Of a DNA stretch of 64,000 bases, positions 56,887-64,000 are shown piece by piece. The stretch covers positions 62,001 to 126,000 of the forward strand of contig JAVKOQ020000010.1 of NCBI GenBank assembly GCA_031835245.2. The letters are read 5' to 3'. A program made the translations under genes and the position numbers. Position 1 is the stretch's first letter; each line of letters starts with the position of its first letter. The notes beneath the pieces were generated by a model, which had not been told where the DNA came from, did no database searches, and saw only the letters and a program-made list of their open reading frames with translations. This DNA is from Balamuthia mandrillaris (lineage: Eukaryota).

Positions 56887-57808
56887 CTATCTTCTAACCC
56901 TTTGATTGTTATTAGAACTGCCTTTACGGAATTTTTGCCAACAATCTTCCAGCTAGTGTTTAGCCGGCTGATGTCGTGCAAGACAATGAAGTTTATCCGC
57001 TCTTTCCTTGTTTTCTTGTGCCTCTTTATCGGCAAGCACGGCGCTTCCTTTGTCGTCCAACAAATCGATTCCGTTGACGCACAGTAATATTCTCTGCTTC
57101 TTTCCTCTCTATTCTCCAGGTTATCCTTTTAACTTTTCTACTCTCTCTATATCTCTCAATAGGTTGTTCAACAAAGTGTTGGTCTCTCTGTGGATCCCCA
57201 ACGTCCAAAAGGTGTCTGGCGTTATCGAACGCAAGATGTGCGCCATCGCCATGACCAAGCTTCTCACCGAATGTCCAGAAATGCTTTCCGAGCCTTACTT
57301 TGCTCATTGGTTTGTCCCTCTTCTTGTTTATCCCTTCATCGTTCTTTTCTCACAGATTACTCTTTCTTCCTCTGTCTTTTGTTTTCTCTACTTTAGGGGA
57401 GATCTTTTGCGAGCAGTGATCAGCATTTTCGAAGAGCCAGAAGATGAGAGCGTGCCCGCCGACGTGGCCGACAACTATGTGGAGGTGGAGGAGAGCGCTC
57501 CCGGCTACAGCACCGCCTACTCTCAGCTGGTCTACGCCCACAAGGACGACATTGATCCCTTCAAGACGATCGACGCCAAGGCCTACTTTGCCCACTCTCT
57601 CAACAAATTGTCCATAGCGCATCCTGGCAAGGTATCCTATCTTCCTTCTTCTTTCCCCTTTCCTCCTGTTCTTTTTTTCAAAAAGACTAATGAGTGTGCA
57701 AAAAAAAAGTTCCAAGAGGTATTGAACCAGTATCTTCCTCCAGCAGCCATGGCCATCCTCCAAAACTACTTTAAGGAATCCAACGTACCAGAGCCATACA
57801 TCCACTAA
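53335..57808 (+). CDS. CSE1: Exportin-2 / Cse1 (importin-alpha re-exporter)
   Basis: SIYFKNVVKNNW, YDFPWEWETLLP, ELFEDNPLEYIRRDIEGSDSDTRRRSA, ENDYVMK, KNPTNPGFNHYLFE, GNVPALVRLLQAY. Confidence 0.95.
53868..53972 (+). ncRNA. Intronic box C/D snoRNA candidate with an 18S guide
   Basis: In CSE1 intron 2: terminal stem CAACG/CGTTG, C box ATGATGA 53878-53884, C' TTGATGA 53926, D CTGA 53962. ACCCATAGAAT (53951-53961) is complementary to 18S AUUCUAUGGGU. Confidence 0.75.
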
Positions 57809-57929
57809 GCTTCCTTTTTTTTTCTCTTATCGTTTCTCTCGTTTGAAAAAAAAAGTGGTCCACTTGAACTTTTGTTAGTTCAAGCCCACTTTCTTTTTTT
57901 TTTTTTCATTGGAAACTTTCTTCCCATCA

Positions 57930-59206
57930 TCACTTTTTGTTGGTAGTCTTTCTCTTTCTGGTTTCACTCTCCTTCTGTTTTGCCTTCTCGATCATCGCGG
58001 GCAGCTCTCCCTTCTGAACCAGCACTTTAAGCAGGTTCATGATGAAAGGGATGTAGTTGTGCTTCCTCCGGATGTTCTCCATCTTCCAGCCTTGCTTCTT
58101 CTCCTCGTTCTCTTTGATGGCTTCCGTGCAGCGAATGATTTCCTCTTCGATGGCGGCTAGTTGGCTGCTCAGCTCTTCGCTGGAGGAAGAAGAGGATTCG
58201 AGCTGTTGATGCAGTTCTTCTTTTTGTTGGTTGAGAGATTCGATTTGGCTGTTGTAGAGAGCGGAGCGATCTTTGATGATGGCCATCAAGTTGAACCGAA
58301 TCTCTGACCTCGCATATCTTCGTATTGTAGAGAGAAGGAAAAAAGGTTACAAAACTCTACTGAAGGAAAGAGATAGGAAAATCATCATACTTTTCAATTC
58401 GTTGTTGGATGATGGGACCTACTTTGGCCAACCAATCCTCTGGAGTGCAATCACCTTTGAGGAAAAGAAAAACACAGCATGTTAAGCGAAAGAAAGCAAG
58501 TAAGAAAGCTAAAGAATGCCAACGCAAGTTTGTACCATGACAAATGGGACCCCTTTTGAGACCATCTAACTCGAAGAGGCGACCTTTGTAGGGGATGTAG
58601 CTGATGAAATGGTAGACATCATCGTTCTCATCGGCCACTTTGGTGGAGGAAAAGAGGAAGGGCTCAGGTCTCGCGAAGCTGTTGTGAACTTTTCGAATGA
58701 GGTCGCTGTTGCTGATGGCCAATCCTCTCATCTTTGTTTATTCATCGTTTTGTTAAAGAAACTGTTACAAACGATGAAAAGAAAAGAAGAAAGGAACGAC
58801 AAGGAACGACAAGAAAGAAGAAGCAGAACAAACAAGAACAAAGAACAAGAAGCAAGCAAGCAAGCAGAGAGACGAGATTTCAAGAGAACGAAAGAAGTGG
58901 CAAAGAAAAAAAAGGAACAAAGTCAAGCGAACCTCAGGTGGAAGTCCTCCAGCAAAGTCTTTGAAGCCACGAAGCTCGTCCCCAATGTCAACATCGTCGC
59001 GGTTGAGCAGGATGGAGAGTATGGCTTGAGTAGCGCAGGCATTGTTGATGACCTGGTGAGCAAAGAAAATGTCGGTGTCGTGACAGATGGGGCGCGAGTC
59101 GGAGGCGTCCTGCTGCCACTTGAACAAAAAGATGAGACCGTAGACGGGTCTTTTGTGACAATAGTGGATCAGCACATAAGAAGAGAAGAGAGGAGAGAGA
59201 AGGCAG

Positions 59207-59243
<37 letters not shown>

Positions 59244-59481
59244 AAGAGAAGAGAAGCAGTGAAAACATACTGCAAGTTGTATAAGGTTTCTTCGTCCAGA
59301 GAGTATATTTCTTCCACTTGCACCCCTTTCACGCCAATCTCCTCCAACAGCTCAGTGAACACCCCTTGTGGTTTGTTGTGTGCATGCGCACATCAAATCA
59401 GTTTTTCCCACAATTTTTTGTTGTTTGAAAAAAAAACAAACCAGGGTCCGACTCAATGGTACACCAGTTACTATCAGACAT
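57930..59481 (-). CDS. UCHL5: Ubiquitin C-terminal hydrolase UCH37/UCHL5
   Basis: [59 protein letters not shown]. Confidence 0.95.
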
Positions 59482-59845
59482 GTTTCTATCGTTTGCTTCC
59501 TGTTTAACTTCAGGGACTGCTTTGCGCCACTACCGCTACTCCAATCGAAAACGTAAGAGGGCGCTGTCTCTTTCTTCTTTCTTGGTGCACTACTTTCCTG
59601 GAACGTTTGAGGGTTATTCTGTCGACACTGGAGAAAATGGAGGTCTTTTCCTGCAGAATAATAGCAGTGTTACTGCTCAGTTTTTCTCAGTTTTTCCTCC
59701 TCGGCAGCGGTCCTTGTCGGCCCAAAGCGTATCTGCTAAATATGGCAGCGAAGCGCTGGACATTTTTTGCTGCTATTTTTTCCCTGGCCATTTCTTTTCA
59801 GTCAAAAAAAAAATGAATTTATGTCGACATATCTCCAGAAGCGAG

Positions 59846-60683
59846 TCAAGAGGAAGAGGAAGAGGAAGAGGAAGAGGAAGAGGAAGAGGAAGAGGAAGAG
59901 GAAGAGGAGGAAGAGGAGGGTGTTGTGGTCCAGGTTCCGGTGGCAGGCTGCCAAGTCGGCCAGCCCTCGGGGAGTGGCAGCGTATCATGCCCAGCGATCC
60001 GCCAGCCGTTGGAGTCGTAGTCGTGGTGGTGCTTGTGGTAGGGCTTCCTGCACTTGGCGCTGGTCACCTCGGGGGGTGTTATCCCGTGCAGGGTGAACGT
60101 AGGGTCGGAGAGGTTCGGGTGGTCCTGGACGGCTTCAAACACGCAGACTTGCTCGTAGCGGGGCACTCGCAGGTCAGGTTGGACAAAAAGCACTCGTGAC
60201 CGGCCACATCCGTTCCCCCCCTCCGGCCGACAGTAGGCCGTAATTGTGCCATCATTCATTTCATGGAAGATACGCTTGGGGGACGTTCCCGTCCAGCTCC
60301 CCCCACAATGCTTACATGAACGTGGGAGGTCCTGCACCACCTCTCGCTTGCGTGCAGCAGCGCTGCTGACATCGGCAGGAGAGAAAGAAGGAGGCTGCGA
60401 GGCTGTGCTATCCGTAACGGTTGGTGCATAGCTCCGGGCTGCGGCGTAGGCAGGCGCCTGCATATGATAGAGCACGCTTGGTCCTCCTCCAGAGAGAGCC
60501 CCCATCGGTTCGACCTGTTGCTGATGAGGCCTATCCATCAACGACCCCCTGTAATGCTTGCATTAATGAAATTTCCGTCTTTTGTGTTTATTTTTTTGTT
60601 TGGAGGTTGGACAGAGCTTGGCGCTTTTGCCCACTGTGATTCGTTCATGCCCTTCACCAGACGTTGTCCAGCCAGGGAACCAT
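59846..60683 (-). CDS. Orphan protein with a Cys/His-rich putative zinc-binding domain
   Basis: GC-rich 231-codon ORF plus a probable short first exon (MVPWLDNV|W). Contains CKHC..YCRPEGGNGC..KCRKPYHKHHH. Confidence 0.6.
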
Positions 60684-60906
60684 GAGGTGGCTCTTGCTTG
60701 AGGGGGCATTTGCTTGGTTGAAAAACTGAAACAAAAAACAACCAAGTTAAAAAAAAAGAGAGTGAAACGAGAGAAGATCAGCATCCATTGTCAGGTTAGT
60801 TTGATGAACGTGTTTGTGTCACTGAAAAAAAAAACTGATCGTGTTTGTTGGTGCTCTGTGTGTTTTCTCCTTTCAAAAAAAAAAAAACAAAAGGAAAAAA
60901 AAAAGC

Positions 60907-61850
60907 ATGGCAGAGAAATACAAACAAGCGTTCGAGCAGGCCCTTGCCAAGCAGGAGGCCGAGCCTGAAGAGGCCATCGCTCTCTATCAGGGCCTCATCG
61001 ACAAAGGAGGCGAGGAGGAGTCTGAAGAAGTCCATAAAGTGAAAGAGCAGGCCATCTACAAGCTGGGAGAGCTCTACGCCAAGCGAGGGTACCTTTGTCG
61101 TTTTTCGCTCTGTTTGTTTTTCTTGTTATAATGCACTTTTCTTATGTTCTCTCTCTTCTTTCCTGTCTTTCTCTTTTCCTTCTCAACACTTCATAGAGAG
61201 GCGAACGAGCTTCACAACCTGCTTACCCGCATTCGCCCATTCTTCAACGCTGTGGCTAAAGCTAAGACTGCCAAGATTGGTAAAGACCACACCTCTTCTT
61301 ATCTAACGTCGTTAAATTTGGAGACAGACAGAGAGAGAGAGAAAGAGAGAGAGAGAGCGAGCGAGCGAGCGAGGAGACAGTGGAATGATAGAAGATGAAG
61401 AGTGATGAAGAAAGAACGCAACTAAAACTTAGCTTCAAAAATACTACAGTGCGCTCGCTTATCGACTTGGTGGCTCGCATCCCTGATACGGTTTCCCTTC
61501 AGATTGAACTGTGTAAAGAGTGTATAGAGTGGGCTAAGGAAGAGCAAAGAACGTTCTTGCGCCAAAGGATTGAGGCTCGCTTGTCTTCTCTGTTCGTCTT
61601 TCCTCTCTTTTTTCTTCTCCCTTGTGCTTAATATTCTCCTTCTCCTTCATTTTGTTCTCTTCCTTTTAGTTGCTTACTTGCTTAATAATGCAGCTACTTG
61701 GAGACTGAACAATACACGCTGGCTCTGAAGCTTCTCACAAGTCTGCTTCGCGAGATCAAGCGGTTCGATGACAAGCTCTTGTTGGTAGAGATTCAATTGA
61801 TCGAAAGTCAAGTGCAACACAAGCTCCTAAACATTCCCAAGGCGAAGGTT

Positions 61851-61896
<46 letters not shown>

Positions 61897-62986
61897 CATG
61901 CTAAATAACCTGTTTCTTGTTCTCTTTTTTGCCATTTTCAGGCATCCCTCACAGCAGCAAGAACGGCTGCCAACTCTATTTACTGCCCACCTTTGCTGCA
62001 AGCTCAGATCGACATGCAGGCAGGCACCCTCCATGCCGAGGAGAAGGACTACAAAACAGCCTATTCCTACTTTTACGAGGCATTTGAGGGCTTCACTTCC
62101 ATCACCTCAAACGACCCTTCCGTCGATCAAGGCGCTATCCTGGCCCTTAAGTACATGTTGCTCTGCAAGATTATGCTTAACAGCGTACGCATTCTCTCTC
62201 TCTCTCTCTCTCGTGCTCATGAAAACCGGAACTAACTGTTTTTGTAGGTGGCTGATGTGAATCAAATCATGAGCGGCAAAAATGCACTCAAGTATGCTGG
62301 TAGAGAAATGGAGGCCATGCGCGCTGTTGCCACTGCCCACAAGAACCGATCTCTCAAAGCTTTTGAACAAGCCAAAAACGAATATGCTCAAGGTTTGCGC
62401 TCTCTCTTCTCTCCCTTCATTTCTTTCTCCTTTCTAATAATTTTCAACAAAACAGAGTTGGGGAAGGACATCATCGTCCAGCGTCATTTGGCAGAATTGG
62501 AGGACACATTGCTTGAACAGAACCTTAGCCGCATCATCGAGCCTTTCTCCTGCGTGGAAATCAACCACGTAGCCTCCCTCATTGACCTTCCTGTGGCCAG
62601 CGTAGAAAAGAAGTTTGTTTCTCTCTCTCTCTCTCTCTCTCCCTCTCTTACTCTTTGCTCACTCTTTTTGTTTTTTAAGGCTTTCTCAAATGATATTGGA
62701 CAAGAAGCTGTTGGGTATTCTTGATCAAGGAGCTGATACTCTCATCGTGTTCGATGAACCTTCTGCTGATGTATGTTCCACTCATCCTCCTCCTCTTCCT
62801 CTCCCCCTCCTCTCTCTCTCCTTTGTACTTCTTTTCTCTTTTCTTTTTGTGCATCACAATTCACACATTCTCATCCTTGTTATAAAAAAAATGAAGGGAA
62901 CCTACCCTGCTGCATTGGAGACGGTTCAACACATGGGCAAAGTCGTTGATAGTTTGTATGAAAAGGCCTTAAAATTGAACATTTAG
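60907..62986 (+). CDS. RPN6: 26S proteasome lid subunit Rpn6/PSMD11
   Basis: [83 protein letters not shown]. Confidence 0.96.
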
Positions 62987-63107
62987 ACAAAAAAAATGAA
63001 TAATAAACAAGACCACATGCTTTGTTATGCCAACTGCACCGTTTTTCCTTCATCAAGCAAAGAATTCAGTATCGTTGTTGGCACAAAGACGTTTCCCAGT
63101 CACTCTC

Positions 63108-64000
63108 TCACTCGCTGGTGGTGGGTGCAGCAGTGATATCACTTGTAGTATCTTCATTAAGAATGGCCTCTATCTTTGATCTGGTGATGGCCGCCACAAT
63201 CTGTAGATTCGATAGATAACAACGTTGGCAGAAGGGCAAGAAGCGAAGAAAAAGATCAAGAAACGTACGCTGTGTTCCATGGTAGGATGAGGATCAATGC
63301 ATCGGTCTGCTGCAGAGCCCATAATCTCTCCCATCAATCGGTCAAACAATCTACATGGGATCCGTTAGAACGGAACAAGAGAGGAAAAGCGAGAGGGAAA
63401 AGAGGAGGACACAAACCTTTCATTTTCGGGCAATGTTGCAAACTTGGTGCGAAGCACGGAGCCAAGGTAAAAGCAATCCACTTGGATTTGTTGATAGGCG
63501 TTTCTGTTGAACGTCTTCAGACGGACGTTCTCGCAAAAGGCTTTGAGGCTAATTTTTAGGATGGCCATCATAATGCCATCAGCAGTGGGAGCTACTGGAC
63601 CAAAGTACTTCAACTTCTTTTCGAATACGTGGCTGGTCTCCACTTGATATGACCGCGAACGACGATGCCCTCTGTGTTCTTTAACCAACGAAAGTTTGAA
63701 TAGAAAAATAATAAGTCGAAGAAGAACAAGAATATGAAGAGAGCATTTTGCATTTGCAAAAGAAGACAAACCTGGGACAGAAGGGGTTGGAATCTCACCG
63801 TTACCCCGATCAAACAGTTGGGAAATTTTGTGGGAGATGGCAATGATATGAGAGGCCACAAGCTCTATGCCCTTTTTGTGAAAATGTGAGAGGGAGCGTG
63901 AAAACAGTAGAGAGTATAGCAGCAGACTGACCTCGGTTACTTTGCGTGGTTCTTTTACGGTCGCCCATTTACGCATGTTGAATACCCGTTGAATCATTTG
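63108..64000 (-). CDS. VPS51: GARP/EARP subunit Vps51, C-terminal part; gene starts beyond the window
   Basis: W..VKEPRKV, ILKISLKAFCENVRLKTF...QQIQVDCFYL, SAADRCIDP..ME. Confidence 0.82.

Overview
Gene-dense, intron-rich eukaryotic nuclear DNA using the standard code and GT-AG introns, many filled with microsatellites. Gene content and style suggest an amoebozoan, possibly Acanthamoeba/Balamuthia-like (inference, not verified). I count 26 spliced protein genes. In order: mitochondrial carrier, degenerate Pth, BTB-SPRY, MIC10, PAF1, RAD51, Frizzled/Smoothened-like GPCR, Rab32-like, NF-YB, ATG14-like, NOP14, an orphan, a CHRD protein, CCT5, coilin, MDM31/32, DUF2045, PUM3, SLF2-like, MO25, a multidomain DNA ligase, CSE1, UCH37, a Cys/His orphan, RPN6 and VPS51. 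There is also one receptor-kinase pseudogene and two intronic box C/D snoRNA candidates with guides complementary to conserved 18S rRNA. Highlights: (1) one polypeptide joining FHA, PBZ, BRCT, SWIM and a minimal bacterial/viral-type ATP-dependent DNA ligase; (2) a palindromic (T)GTCGAC(A) element clustered upstream of many genes; (3) a peptidyl-tRNA hydrolase homolog lacking catalytic residues; (4) introns with A-rich rather than pyrimidine-rich acceptors. All family assignments come from recognising motifs by eye, and exon boundaries were inferred by hand.
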